A stretch of DNA of 50,654 nucleotides. It comes from Candidatus Ruthenibacterium merdipullorum (GTDB lineage Bacteria; Bacillota; Clostridia; Oscillospirales; Ruminococcaceae). The DNA is taken from contig DXIY01000096.1 in NCBI GenBank assembly GCA_019112665.1, forward strand, positions 1 through 50,654. The letters run 5' to 3'. Both the position numbers and the translations under genes were made by a program. The notes beneath the pieces are model-generated. The model did no database searches. It saw nothing but the letters and a program-made list of their open reading frames with translations, and was not told the DNA's origin. Shown here piece after piece: positions 27,342 to 37,457 of the stretch; within the stretch, counting starts at the first letter, position 1; every line of letters begins with the position of its first letter.

Positions 27342-27701
27342 CTATTCGGCCTGCTTTTCCATGCTGCGGGTGGCTATTATATCCGCCCCTATGCCCAGCA
27401 CGTTGGGCACCACCACCTGCCCGGCAGCCACGGGGGCCGTCAGCTGCACATTGTCCAGCGTGCGCATCACCTCAAACAGCATGCCCTTGGGGATGGGCGC
27501 GCTGGTTTTTACCGGCAGGCGCCGGTGCAGCCCCCCTTGCACCTTTACGGTGCTGGTAAGCACGCGCGTGGGGTGCAAAAGCTCGCTTTTGCCATATTCG
27601 GCCCCGCGCGGGCAGCCGTTGCCCGTGACAGCGCAGCCGTTTTCCTCGTCCACCTTCAAATGGCAGCCCTTGGGGCATACAATGCAGATAAGCTCTTTCA
27701 T
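27342..27701 (-). CDS. DUF1667 Cys-rich protein (third subunit of clostridial G3P oxidoreductase trio)
   Basis: CIVCPKGC...GNGCPRG and PTRVLTSTV motifs; overlaps the upstream gene. Confidence 0.88.
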   Translation of the reverse strand: MKELICIVCPKGCHLKVDEENGCAVTGNGCPRGAEYGKSELLHPTRVLTSTVKVQGGLHRRLPVKTSAPIPKGMLFEVMRTLDNVQLTAPVAAGQVVVPNVLGIGADIIATRSMEKQAE

Positions 27702-28969
27702 GCCTGTGCCACCTCCTGTGCATGCAGGGTAAGCGCGCCCTGCGCCTTTTGCAGCAGCGCAGCGGGCAGCACAATGTGCTCCATCTCACCCGGGGCCATG
27801 CGCTCGCGCCGGTATTGGGCAATCTGCACCCCTGCGGCGTCCTGCACCACAATGCGCGAGGCGCCCAGCACGCGGTTTACGCGGAAGAACACTTCGGCCC
27901 TGTGCGCACCTGCGCGCACATGCTGCGGCACGGTGTAGCTGACGCCCGTGCCGTTTTTCACCTCCAGCACAGCGCCGTCCGCCCGCCGGGCCGCCTGCAC
28001 ATAGGCTGCGGCTGCGGCGCCCGCGCGCTCGCTTTCGGCAGAGACATAATCCACAAGGTCGTGCACATGCACCACATTGCCGCAGGCAAAAATGCCCGGC
28101 ACGCTGGTCTCCATATTCTCGTACACCACGGCGCCGCCGGTGCGCGTGTCCATGCAGATGCCCGCCTGCCGCGTCAGCTCGTTTTCCGGAATGAGCCCCA
28201 CGCTCAACAGCAGGGTGTCGCATTCAAACACCATTTCGGTGCCGGGGATGGGCATGCGCTGTTCGTCCACCCGGCTCACCGTCACCTGCTCCAGCCTGTC
28301 GTGGCCCCGAATGCCGGTGACCGTGTGGCTGAGGTACAGCGGAATGCCGTAATCTTGCAGGCACTGCACAATGTTGCGCGTCAGGCCGCTGGAATAGGGC
28401 ATCAGCTCCACACAGGCCAGCACCTTGGCCCCCTCCAGCGACATGCGGCGTGCCATAATCAGGCCAATGTCGCCGCTGCCCAGAATCACCACGCGGCGGC
28501 CCACCATATAGCCCTCCATATTGAGGTAGCGCTGGGCCGTGCCCGCGGTGAAAATGCCGCTGGGCCGCTCGCCCGGAATGGCAATGGCGCCGCGGGTGCG
28601 CTCGCGGCAGCCCATGGCAAGCACCACGGCGGCCGTTTCCAGCGCCTGATAGCCGTGCTGTGCGCTGACGCAGTGCACGGTGTGCGGCGCGCCCGCCTGG
28701 CCCGGCACCAGCTGCAGGGCCATGGTGTCCATCTGCACCTGCACGCCGGTGGCGCGCAGCATCTCCAGAAAGCGCCCGGCATATTCCGGGCCGGTGAGTT
28801 CTTCCTGAAAGCGGTGCAGCCCAAAACCGTTGTGGATGCACTGGTTTAAAATGCCGCCAAGCTCTTTGTCGCGCTCCACCACCAGAATGCGGCGCAGCCC
28901 GTCTTCCCACGCGCGGCATGCCGCCGCAAGTCCCGCCGGGCCGCCGCCTATCACAATCAGTTCAAACAT
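27698..28969 (-). CDS. FAD/NAD(P)-dependent pyridine nucleotide-disulfide oxidoreductase
   Basis: IGGGPAG, GGILNQCIHNGFG, GSGDIGLIMARR and GIFACGNV motifs. Confidence 0.9.
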   Translation of the reverse strand: MFELIVIGGGPAGLAAACRAWEDGLRRILVVERDKELGGILNQCIHNGFGLHRFQEELTGPEYAGRFLEMLRATGVQVQMDTMALQLVPGQAGAPHTVHCVSAQHGYQALETAAVVLAMGCRERTRGAIAIPGERPSGIFTAGTAQRYLNMEGYMVGRRVVILGSGDIGLIMARRMSLEGAKVLACVELMPYSSGLTRNIVQCLQDYGIPLYLSHTVTGIRGHDRLEQVTVSRVDEQRMPIPGTEMVFECDTLLLSVGLIPENELTRQAGICMDTRTGGAVVYENMETSVPGIFACGNVVHVHDLVDYVSAESERAGAAAAAYVQAARRADGAVLEVKNGTGVSYTVPQHVRAGAHRAEVFFRVNRVLGASRIVVQDAAGVQIAQYRRERMAPGEMEHIVLPAALLQKAQGALTLHAQEVAQA

Positions 28970-30416
28970 GCTGCACGCCTCCTCTGCCCTGCTTTGTCTC
29001 GCCGGTGATGAGATAGGTGCCGTCCTGGTCCATCAGCACCTCCTGTTGCGGGATGCCCAGCTCGCGCGCGATGATGGCCTGCACGCGCGGCCCGCAAAAG
29101 CCCCCCTGGCAGCGGCCCATGCCCGCGTTGCAGCGGCGCTTGACGCCGTTCAGGCTGCGCGGAGGAATAGGGCTGTGCAGCGCGGCCACAATTTCGCCCT
29201 CGGTGATGGTCTCGCAGCGGCATATCACGCGGCCATAGCGTGCGTCCTTTTGAATCAGCGCGTTTTTCTCTTCGGCGCTCAGCGCTGCAAAACAGGCGGC
29301 GCGGCGCCTTTCGCGAAAGGCCGGCTTTTCTTCCAGCGCCACGCCCTTTTGGCGCAGCAGCTGCACCGCCAGGGCGCCAATGGCCGGGGCGCTGGTAAGG
29401 CCGGGCGATTTGATGCCCGCCAAATCGAAAAAGCCGGGGCTGGCCGCGCTTTCTTCCAGAATGAAGTCGTCCCGCGTGCTGACGGCGCGCAGGCCCGCAA
29501 AATTGCGGATGTTTTCGCGGAAATTCAGCCCCGGCACGCTGCGCAGGGCCGTTTTGCGCACATAGGCAAGGCCCGCGCCCGTGGTGCCAACGTCCCGTTT
29601 ATCCGGGACGGGCTCGGCATTGGGGCCCACAATGAGGTTGCCGTGCACGGTGGGCGCCACCAGCACGCCCTTGCCGCTTTGGCTGGGGCATTGAAAGATA
29701 ATGCGCCCCACCTGCGCGCCCTGGCTTTTATCCATCAGGTAATATTCACCGCGGCTGGGGGTTATGGCATAGCCCGGCGCTTCCAGCAGGGCGTGCACCT
29801 CGTCTGCCTGCACCCCGGCGGCGTTGAACACATAGCGCGCTTCATAGGCGCCGCGCGGCGTCTGCACGCAAAAGCCGCCCGGCGTTTTGCCAATGGCGGT
29901 GACAGGGCTTTGCAGGCACAGCTGCACGCCGTTTTCCACCGCCGTTTCAGCCATGGCAAGGGCAAACCGCCACGGGTCCACAATGCCCGCGCTGGGCGCA
30001 TACAGCGCGGCCTGCACGGCTTCGCTGAGGTTCGGCTCCATGGCGCGGGCCCCGGCCCCGTCCAAAAGGCGCAGGCCCGGCACGCCGTTGGCCTGCCCGC
30101 GCTGAAACAGCGTTTCCAGCGTTTGGCGCTCGGCCTCGCAGAAAGCCAGCACAAGGCTGCCCACGCGCGCAAAGGGCACGCCCAGCTTTTCACAAATTTC
30201 GCCCGCCATGCGGTTGCCCTGCACGTTCAGCCGGGCCATTTGGGTGCCGGGCTCGGGGTCGTACCCCGCATGGATAATGGCGCTGTTCGCTTTGGTGGTG
30301 CCGTTGGCCACGTCGTTCTGTGCCTCCAGCACCAGTGTGCGCAGCCGGTATTTTGCCAGCTGATACGCCGTGGCCGCACCCACCACGCCGCAGCCAATGA
30401 TGATGACGTCGTACAT
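28962..30416 (-). CDS. FAD-dependent glycerol-3-phosphate dehydrogenase/oxidase (GlpA/LhgO-like) with BFD-type 2Fe-2S domain
   Basis: IGCGVVG, TTKANSAIIHAGYD, SPGLTSAP and CRCE...GRCQGGFC motifs; neighbours glpP/glpK. Confidence 0.85.
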   Translation of the reverse strand: MYDVIIIGCGVVGAATAYQLAKYRLRTLVLEAQNDVANGTTKANSAIIHAGYDPEPGTQMARLNVQGNRMAGEICEKLGVPFARVGSLVLAFCEAERQTLETLFQRGQANGVPGLRLLDGAGARAMEPNLSEAVQAALYAPSAGIVDPWRFALAMAETAVENGVQLCLQSPVTAIGKTPGGFCVQTPRGAYEARYVFNAAGVQADEVHALLEAPGYAITPSRGEYYLMDKSQGAQVGRIIFQCPSQSGKGVLVAPTVHGNLIVGPNAEPVPDKRDVGTTGAGLAYVRKTALRSVPGLNFRENIRNFAGLRAVSTRDDFILEESAASPGFFDLAGIKSPGLTSAPAIGALAVQLLRQKGVALEEKPAFRERRRAACFAALSAEEKNALIQKDARYGRVICRCETITEGEIVAALHSPIPPRSLNGVKRRCNAGMGRCQGGFCGPRVQAIIARELGIPQQEVLMDQDGTYLITGETKQGRGGVQHV

Positions 30417-30451
30417 AAGGCCCGCCTCCCGCTGTTTTTTGGGGATAAAAT

Positions 30452-30567
30452 AAAAAAGAGCACGCAAAACACAGCCCCAAGCGGGCAGCGTGTCTGCATG
30501 ACTCTTTCTCTTTGCAGAATATCCAATTTTCTGTTTTCAATATAACACCTTTTTTGGGAAAAAGCAA
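30452..30567 (-). promoter_or_regulatory. Promoter plus terminator-type leader (putative GlpP attenuator) of the GlpA-like operon
   Basis: TTGCTT (30562-30567), 17 bp, TATATT (30539-30544). The leader hairpin AAAGAGTCATGCAGACAC...GTGTTTTGCGTGCTCTTTTTT lies before the RBS. Confidence 0.7.
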
Positions 30568-30800
30568 GGGGCAGAAAGCAGGGGCTTTTCTCTGTTTTCT
30601 TTCCGTGTGCACCCGGGCGGAAATGCATCTGCCCGCCCGCCGGCGGCGCAAAGGGCGCCGCACTGCAAAGGCAATACAGACAGGCCAGGCCATTGGGCGA
30701 CGCAGTTGGCCTTTGCCCTCTTTTTCGATAATTTTGTTCAAAATAACTTGTTTGTTTTTTAACAGTTGAATTTTAATATGCAAATTATTCAAAAATGCTA

Positions 30801-30915
30801 TTGACAACGCCCGTTATCTTCTGTAATATGAAAATCAGGATGTGGGTGTGCCCTTGCAGGAAGAAGGAGTGCAGGCGCAGCGGCCGAAAGGTTTGCTGTG
30901 CCTCTTTTTTCTTCC
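30801..30915 (+). promoter_or_regulatory. Promoter plus terminator-type leader (putative GlpP attenuator) of the membrane hydrolase
   Basis: TTGACA (30801-30806), 17 bp, TAATAT (30824-30829). The leader hairpin AGGCGCAGCGGCC-GAAA-GGTTTGCTGTGCCT is followed by CTTTTTT. Confidence 0.7.
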
Positions 30916-30983
30916 GGCGCGGGCCGCCGCAGGGGTATTTTTTCATTTACCGGCAGGCTGCCGGGTTGAAAAGGAGGATGAAT

Positions 30984-32915
30984 ATGTCTGTCACACAAGC
31001 AACCAAGGCCAAGGTAAAAAACATTGCCGCCATTGTGACGTGCGCGGCCCTCGTGCTGATTTTATTCGGCGCAGCCCTGGCCCAGTGGGCCCACACCTCG
31101 GGCGGCAAAGTGCAAATTGAGGATATCCGCTTTGTCACAGAGGACGGTGGGTACCTGCGGGCCCTGCTTTACATCCCGCAGGGCGTTTCCCCCGAGGCAA
31201 AGGCGCCTGCCGTCATCTCGTGCCATGGTTACAACAACACGGCCGAGGTGCAGGACCTGAACTGCGTAGAGCTTTCCAAGCGCGGCTATGTGGTGATGGC
31301 CATTGACGCCTATGGCCACGGCCATTCCAAATTCCCCGACCCGCAAATCAACGGCGGCCTTGCGGCCGATATGGGCACCTATGCGGCGCTGCAATATATG
31401 AAGACGCTGCCCTATGTGGATTTGGACCGCATTGGCATGACAGGCCACTCCATGGGCTCGGCCGCCATTCAGGACGGCGCCTTCCGCGCGTTTGAAGCGC
31501 AGAAGGAAGACCCGGACATCGTGGTGCCCGCGGCTATTCTTCCCACTGCCAACTCGTTCAACCTGGACGCAGACGGCGAGCTGCTTTTGAAAGATTACCC
31601 CGTGAACCTGGGCGCCGTGTACGGCCAATTTGATGAATGGGCCCTGGGCATGTGGGGCACGGTGAAGGGCAGCGATTTGAACACCACCCCCAAAGCCATT
31701 GCCGGCATGGGGTTTTCGGGCTGTGAATATGATACATACTACCGCTTTGGGGATAACACGCCCATCGACCGCGCACAGGCCATAGAGGCCGCGCAGGAAA
31801 AAGAGCTGCGCATTGTGTACCAGCCCCCGCACGACCACCCCATGATGCACTTCAGCGCCGAGGCCGTGGGTGACGTGGTAGACTTCTTTGATATCACCCT
31901 GACGGGCGGCACCGGCACGCCCGCCTCAGAGCAGACGTGGTTCATCAAGCAGCTGGGCACCGGCCTTGCTATGATCGGCTTCTTTATTTTCATTGGCGCG
32001 TTTGGCATGCTTTTGCTGAAGGCCCCGTTCTTCCAAACAATGGTGCGGGAAGAGCCCCAGGGCCTTACCACGGTGAAAACCGGCAAAGACCGCATTCGCT
32101 ACTGGCTGATTTACATTGTGGGCCTGCTGCCCGCCCCGCTGCTGTACAACTGGTTTGTGGGCTATTCCATCGACATTGTGGCGCAGGGGCGCACCGTGCC
32201 CATTCTGCTGCCGGCCAGCAACCTGCTGCCTCTGCCCTGTGTGAACGGCATTTACCTGCTGAACATCGTCACCGGGCTTATCGCGCTGGCGCTGTATTTG
32301 GCCGTGTTCTTCACCGTAAGCCGGAAGCTTGGCTGCACGGCAGAAAACATGGGCATTCGCCTGCCGGGCAAACAAATTGGCAAAGCGGCGCTTCTGGCCA
32401 TTGCCGTGTTCGGCGCGGGCTACCTGCTGCTTGTGATTTGCGAGCAGTTCTTCGGTGTGGATTTCCGCTTCTTCACCCTCAGCATCAAAACGCTGACAGC
32501 CGCCAAGTGGCCCATCTATGTGCGCTATCTGCCCTCGTTCCTACTCTTCTTCCTCATTAGCAGCATGACGCTGAACACCTTTACCCGCGTGAACAACTAT
32601 AAAGAATGGGTGAATGTGCTGCTGATTACCTTCTCCAGCTTCGGCGGCCTGCTGGTGCTGCACCTCATCGATTATATCTCGCTCAAGCATACAGGGGTCA
32701 AAGTGTTCCAGTTCGTCCCCTTCACCGCAGACACCACGGCGGCCCTGGCCGGCGTGCTGCTTTGGGGGCTGCTGTTCATTTTGCCGGTGGCAGCCATCCT
32801 CTCGCGGCTGTATTTCAAAAAGACGGGCTCTATCTGGGCAGGCGGATTTGTGAACGCGCTGGTGGTTACCCTGTTCGCCATTTCCAACACCGTCGTCTCG
32901 GCCTATGTGCTGTAA
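30984..32915 (+). CDS. Membrane-bound alpha/beta hydrolase with polytopic C-terminal membrane domain
   Basis: N-terminal TM, HGY oxyanion region, GHSMG nucleophile elbow, candidate acid (FDE) and His (HDH), then many TM helices; AAGGAGG RBS. Confidence 0.85.
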   Translation: MSVTQATKAKVKNIAAIVTCAALVLILFGAALAQWAHTSGGKVQIEDIRFVTEDGGYLRALLYIPQGVSPEAKAPAVISCHGYNNTAEVQDLNCVELSKRGYVVMAIDAYGHGHSKFPDPQINGGLAADMGTYAALQYMKTLPYVDLDRIGMTGHSMGSAAIQDGAFRAFEAQKEDPDIVVPAAILPTANSFNLDADGELLLKDYPVNLGAVYGQFDEWALGMWGTVKGSDLNTTPKAIAGMGFSGCEYDTYYRFGDNTPIDRAQAIEAAQEKELRIVYQPPHDHPMMHFSAEAVGDVVDFFDITLTGGTGTPASEQTWFIKQLGTGLAMIGFFIFIGAFGMLLLKAPFFQTMVREEPQGLTTVKTGKDRIRYWLIYIVGLLPAPLLYNWFVGYSIDIVAQGRTVPILLPASNLLPLPCVNGIYLLNIVTGLIALALYLAVFFTVSRKLGCTAENMGIRLPGKQIGKAALLAIAVFGAGYLLLVICEQFFGVDFRFFTLSIKTLTAAKWPIYVRYLPSFLLFFLISSMTLNTFTRVNNYKEWVNVLLITFSSFGGLLVLHLIDYISLKHTGVKVFQFVPFTADTTAALAGVLLWGLLFILPVAAILSRLYFKKTGSIWAGGFVNALVVTLFAISNTVVSAYVL

Positions 32916-32939
32916 CACCGTAAAATTTTTCTGCGGGCT

Positions 32940-33012
32940 TTGACGCCTCGGCATTTCTCTGCTACCATAGAAAGGGGCGGAACGGGCCGCTGTTCGTTCC
33001 GCCCCCTGTTTT
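32940..33012 (+). promoter_or_regulatory. Promoter for glpP-glpK followed by a terminator-like hairpin
   Basis: TTGACG (32940-32945), 17 bp, TACCAT (32963-32968, extended TG); then GGGGCGGAACGG...TCGTTCCGCCCC-CTGTTTT. Confidence 0.6.
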
Positions 33013-33033
33013 GAAAAGTTCCTGGATAAGGGA

Positions 33034-33615
33034 GTGGTTCCGTTGGACGAGCTGCAGATATGCAGGCAGCGGTTGATGGATTGCCCGGTGATTGCGGCGG
33101 TGAAAAATGAACAGGACCTTGCCGCCGCCCTGGAAAGCGAGTGCGAGGTGGTGTTTTTTCTGTTTGGCACCATTCTCAGCTTGGCGGGGCTGGTGCAGCG
33201 CGTGAAAGCCGCGGGCAAGGTGGCGCTGGTGCATGCCGACCTGGTGGAGGGCCTTGGCAACCGCGAGGTGGCGGTGGACGCGCTGAAGGCGCTGTGCGGG
33301 CCGGACGGCATTATCAGCACGCGCCCCCAGCTGGTGCGCCGCGCGCGCCATTTAAAGCTCATCACCGTGCAGCGCGCCTTTATTCTGGATTCCATGTCCG
33401 TCAGCAGCCTGGCCGGGCAGCTTAGCGTGGGCAAGCCGGATTTTATTGAGGTGCTGCCGGGCATTATGCCGCGCATCATCACCGAAATCAGCGAGCGCTA
33501 TGCCACCCCGGTCATTGCGGGCGGGCTTATTAAGTATAAAGACGACGTGCTGGCCGCCATCCGCGCGGGCGCGGTGGCGGTGTCCACCACATGCCACGCC
33601 GTATGGCACATGTAG
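33034..33615 (+). CDS. glpP: Glycerol-3-phosphate-responsive antiterminator GlpP
   Basis: [35 protein letters not shown] and IAGGLI motifs. Confidence 0.92.
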   Translation: MVPLDELQICRQRLMDCPVIAAVKNEQDLAAALESECEVVFFLFGTILSLAGLVQRVKAAGKVALVHADLVEGLGNREVAVDALKALCGPDGIISTRPQLVRRARHLKLITVQRAFILDSMSVSSLAGQLSVGKPDFIEVLPGIMPRIITEISERYATPVIAGGLIKYKDDVLAAIRAGAVAVSTTCHAVWHM

Positions 33616-33670
33616 GCACACAGCGCGCCGCCCCGGCGGCAAGCCGCACAGCAAAAAGGAGGCACACAGC

Positions 33671-35167
33671 ATGAAACAGTATGTCATTGCATTGGACCAG
33701 GGCACCACATCCAGCCGCTGCATCATCTTTGACAAAGGGCAGAACATTGTGGCGCTGGAACAGCGCGAATTCAGCCAGCATTACCCGAAGCCCGGCTGGG
33801 TAGAGCACGACCCCATGGAGATTTATTCCAGCCAGTACGGCGTTTTGATGGAGGTGCTGGCGCACAGCGGCATTTTGCCGCAGGAGATTGCCGGCATTGG
33901 CATCACCAACCAGCGCGAAACGGCCATTGTGTGGGATAAAGAAACCGGCAAGCCCGTTTACAACGCCATTGTGTGGCAGTGCCGCCGCACGGCCGCGCTG
34001 TGTGAAGAGCTGAAAAAGGACGCGGCCTTTACCGAATATGTGAAAGAGAACACCGGCCTTTTGATAGACGCCTATTTTTCCGGCACAAAAATCAAATGGA
34101 TTTTGGACAACGTGCCCGGCGCGCGCGAAAAGGCCGAGGCGGGCCGGCTTTTGTTTGGCACCGTGGACACCTGGCTGATTTGGAAGATGACGGGCGGGCG
34201 CACCTATGTGACAGATTACACCAACGCCAGCCGCACCATGCTGTATAACATCAAAACGCTGTGCTGGGACGAGGCCATTTGCCGCCGCCTGGGCATCCCC
34301 ATGAGCATGCTGCCCGAGGTGTGCGATTCCAGCAGGGTGTACGGCACGGTGAACATCCAGGGCACCGAGGTGCCCATTGCGGGCATTGCGGGCGACCAGC
34401 AGGCCGCCCTGTTCGGCCAGACGTGCTTTGCCCCGGGCGAGGCCAAAAACACCTATGGCACGGGCTGCTTTTTGCTGATGAACACGGGCGAAAAGCTGTA
34501 CCGCAGCCAGAACGGCCTGCTCGCCACCATTGCCATTGGCCTTGGCGGCAAGGTGCAGTATGCGCTGGAGGGCAGCGTGTTCGTGGGCGGCGCCGTCATT
34601 CAATGGGTGCGCGACGAACTGCGGTTCATCACCGAATCGCGCGATGCGGAATACTATGCCCAGAAAGTGCCCGACACGGGCGGCGTGTACCTGGTGCCCG
34701 CCTTCACCGGCCTTGGCGCCCCCTATTGGGACATGTATGCCCGCGGCTGCCTGGTTGGCCTGACGCGCGGCACCACGCGCGAGCACATTATCCGCGCCGC
34801 GCAGGAATCTATCGCCTACCAAAGCTATGACCTGGTGGCCGCCATGGAAAAGGACACCGGCATGTGCATGACAGAGCTGAACGTGGACGGCGGCGCCTCG
34901 CGCGACCAGTTTTTGATGCAGTTCCAGGCGGATATTTTGAACAAGACGGTGCGGCGGCCCATGATACGCGAGACAACGGCCCTGGGCGCGGCTTACCTGG
35001 CCGGCCTTGCCACCGGCGTGTGGAGCGGGCTGGACGAGATACGCGCCCAGTGGACGCTGGATAAGCTGTATGCGCCGGATATGGCCGCTGCCAGGCGCGA
35101 AAGGCTGCTGGCGGGCTGGCACAAGGCTGTGGGCCGCAGCCTTGCCTGGGCCGAGCCAGAGGCCTAA
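33671..35167 (+). CDS. glpK: Glycerol kinase
   Basis: [41 protein letters not shown] and KNTYGTG motifs. Confidence 0.97.
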   Translation: MKQYVIALDQGTTSSRCIIFDKGQNIVALEQREFSQHYPKPGWVEHDPMEIYSSQYGVLMEVLAHSGILPQEIAGIGITNQRETAIVWDKETGKPVYNAIVWQCRRTAALCEELKKDAAFTEYVKENTGLLIDAYFSGTKIKWILDNVPGAREKAEAGRLLFGTVDTWLIWKMTGGRTYVTDYTNASRTMLYNIKTLCWDEAICRRLGIPMSMLPEVCDSSRVYGTVNIQGTEVPIAGIAGDQQAALFGQTCFAPGEAKNTYGTGCFLLMNTGEKLYRSQNGLLATIAIGLGGKVQYALEGSVFVGGAVIQWVRDELRFITESRDAEYYAQKVPDTGGVYLVPAFTGLGAPYWDMYARGCLVGLTRGTTREHIIRAAQESIAYQSYDLVAAMEKDTGMCMTELNVDGGASRDQFLMQFQADILNKTVRRPMIRETTALGAAYLAGLATGVWSGLDEIRAQWTLDKLYAPDMAAARRERLLAGWHKAVGRSLAWAEPEA

Positions 35168-35235
35168 AGCAAAAGCCTGCCTGCCCTGCCCGGGCCGTCT
35201 GCTGCGCACAGGGCCCGCGCAGGCCCCAATATGCC

Positions 35236-35275
35236 AAAAAGCCCCGCCCCTTCTGCACAGAGGGGGCGGGGCTTT
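35236..35275. terminator. Bidirectional terminator
   Basis: AAAAAGCCCCGCCCCTTCTG-CA-CAGAGGGGGCGGGGCTTT between convergent glpK and fucO-like genes. Confidence 0.85.
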
Positions 35276-35305
35276 GTATGTTGCGCTGTGCGGCCGGGCG
35301 GCACC

Positions 35306-36454
35306 TTACATCAGGCTGCGGTACAGCGCGGCAATCTCCTCCACGCTGGTGTCGCGCGGGTTGCCCGGGCGGCAGGCGTCGGCATAGGCGCTTTCGGCCA
35401 GGAACTGCACGTCCTCTTCCTTCACAATCTCTTTCAGGTCGGCAGGGATGCCCACGTCCTGGCTCAGCTTCTTCACGGCGGCGCAGGCGGCGGCGCGGTA
35501 TTCTTCCTGGCTCATGGCGTCCACGCCTTCCACGCCCATGGCGCGGGCAATTTCGCGATATTTTTCGCCCGTGCAGGGGGCGTTGTACTCCATGATGGTG
35601 GGCAGCAGAATGGCGTTGGCCACGCCGTGCGGCGTGTCGTACACAGCGCCCAGCGCATGGGCCATGCTGTGCACAATGCCAAGGCCCACGTTCGAGAAGC
35701 CCTGCCCGGCAATGTACTGCGCCAGCGCCATGCCCTCGCGGCCCTCGGCCTCGCCCGCCACGGACGCGCGCAGGTATTTGCTGATGAGGCGGATGGCCTC
35801 CAGGTGGAACATGTCCGTCATTTCCCAGGCGCCCTTGGTGATGTAGCCTTCAATGGCGTGCGTCAGCGCGTCCATGCCGGTGGCGGCCGTCAGGCCCTTG
35901 GGCATGGTGGCCATCATATCCGGGTCCACCACGGCAATTTCGGGAATGTCGTTTGTATCCACACACACGAATTTGCGCTTTTTCTCCACATCGGTGATGA
36001 CGTAGTTGATGGTCACCTCGGCGGCCGTACCTGCGGTGGTGGGCACAGCAATGGTGAACACAGCGTGCTTTTTGGTGGGGGCCACGCCCTCCAGGCTGCG
36101 CACGTCGGCAAACTCGGGGTTGTTGGCAATGATGCCCACAGCCTTGGCCGTATCCATGGAAGAACCGCCGCCAATGGCCACAATGCAATCTGCGCCGCTG
36201 TGCTGGAAAGCGGCCACGCCGTGCTGCACGTTTTCAATGGTGGGGTTGGGCTTTATCTCGCTGTAAATTTCATAGGGGAAGCCGGCTGCATCCAGCAGGC
36301 TTGTCACCTTATAGGTGACGCCGAACTTGAGAAGGTCCGGGTCTGAGCAGACGAAAGCCTTGTGATAGCCGCGAGCGGTAAGCTCCGGCACAATGTTTTC
36401 CACGGCGCCCTTGCCGTGATAGGAAATGGTGTTCAATACAATGCGGTTGGCCAT
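35306..36454 (-). CDS. fucO: Iron-containing alcohol dehydrogenase, lactaldehyde reductase-like
   Basis: MANRIVLN..SYHGKGA, GGGSSMD, PTTAGTAAEVT, DALTHAIE, HSMAH...PHGVAN and PGNPR motifs. Confidence 0.85.
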   Translation of the reverse strand: MANRIVLNTISYHGKGAVENIVPELTARGYHKAFVCSDPDLLKFGVTYKVTSLLDAAGFPYEIYSEIKPNPTIENVQHGVAAFQHSGADCIVAIGGGSSMDTAKAVGIIANNPEFADVRSLEGVAPTKKHAVFTIAVPTTAGTAAEVTINYVITDVEKKRKFVCVDTNDIPEIAVVDPDMMATMPKGLTAATGMDALTHAIEGYITKGAWEMTDMFHLEAIRLISKYLRASVAGEAEGREGMALAQYIAGQGFSNVGLGIVHSMAHALGAVYDTPHGVANAILLPTIMEYNAPCTGEKYREIARAMGVEGVDAMSQEEYRAAACAAVKKLSQDVGIPADLKEIVKEEDVQFLAESAYADACRPGNPRDTSVEEIAALYRSLM

Positions 36455-36607
36455 AATTTCACGCAACTCCTTTCAAACCTGTGTACCCGCACAGGGGCAG
36501 GCATGCTGCCGCCCCCGCGCCCGGATACGGTGGAACTGTTATTATCATAGCGCGTTCTGACGCAGATTTCCAGATATATTTTTCACAAAGTGCCGGGCCG
36601 TGGCATA

Positions 36608-36641
36608 CAAAAAAAGCCTCGGGCTGTCAAAAGCCGAGGCC
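36608..36641 (-). terminator. Terminator after the HAD gene
   Basis: GCCTCGG...CCGAGGC stem followed by a T run on the minus strand. Confidence 0.7.
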
Positions 36642-36653
36642 GGGCCGCCGCCT

Positions 36654-37370
36654 TTACAGGCTGGCCACCTGTTCCAAATCTTGAATGCAAAGCTGCGCGC
36701 CCTCCGGCAGGGGGCCTTCCCAACCGTCCGGGCGGAAAAACACGCCGGTGATGCCGCTGTTTTTGGCGAAAAGCATATCGTTGGCGGAATCACCCACCAT
36801 CGCAACCTGTTCCGGCAGCAGGCCGTACTGGCTGCAGAACATGCGGGCAATGTCCGGCGCGGGCTTGGGGTTCGGCACGCGGTCCGCGCCGAACACGGCG
36901 TCAAACAAGTGCGCCACCCCCAGGGCCCGCAGGCACTGCACTGTTGGCAAATAATCGTCCGAGGTGGCCACCCCCAGGCGGATGCTCCGCGCCTTCAGCT
37001 TTTGCAGCAGCGCGGGAAGGTCTGCGCGCGCTTTCAGGTTGCCGTGATGCTCGCAGGCCCACTGCAGGTAGTCCAGCGCGTTTTGCGCCAGTTCTTCGCT
37101 CAGCTGCATGCCGCCCGTGCGCAGCACGGTGCGCCAGGCCTCCATCAGGTCCCGGTTTGTGCCCGAGACGATGGGGGCATCGGCAAGCAGGGTGTCGCCC
37201 CGAAAGCCGGAGGCCTCGGCAAGCCGCTCTATCCAGCCCTCGTCTGTGCCTTTTCCCATGTGCTGCGACAAATACGCCGCCGTCATATAGATGGGTTTGC
37301 GGCAAAAGGCCGCAAGGTCAATGAGCGTGTCGTCTTTATCGAACAAAATCCCCTGGATGGAATGCTGCAT
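36654..37370 (-). CDS. HAD-superfamily hydrolase (phosphoglycolate phosphatase-like)
   Basis: FDKDDTL (DxD), VATSD, KPAP and MVGDSAND motifs. Confidence 0.88.
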   Translation of the reverse strand: MQHSIQGILFDKDDTLIDLAAFCRKPIYMTAAYLSQHMGKGTDEGWIERLAEASGFRGDTLLADAPIVSGTNRDLMEAWRTVLRTGGMQLSEELAQNALDYLQWACEHHGNLKARADLPALLQKLKARSIRLGVATSDDYLPTVQCLRALGVAHLFDAVFGADRVPNPKPAPDIARMFCSQYGLLPEQVAMVGDSANDMLFAKNSGITGVFFRPDGWEGPLPEGAQLCIQDLEQVASL

Positions 37371-37457
37371 GGTTTTCCCTCTCTTTCGCAAGAAAGTGCA
37401 GCAGGCCGGGGCCCACGCCCCGGCCTGCCATGTGTGCGGGATGCCCGCTGCAAACGC

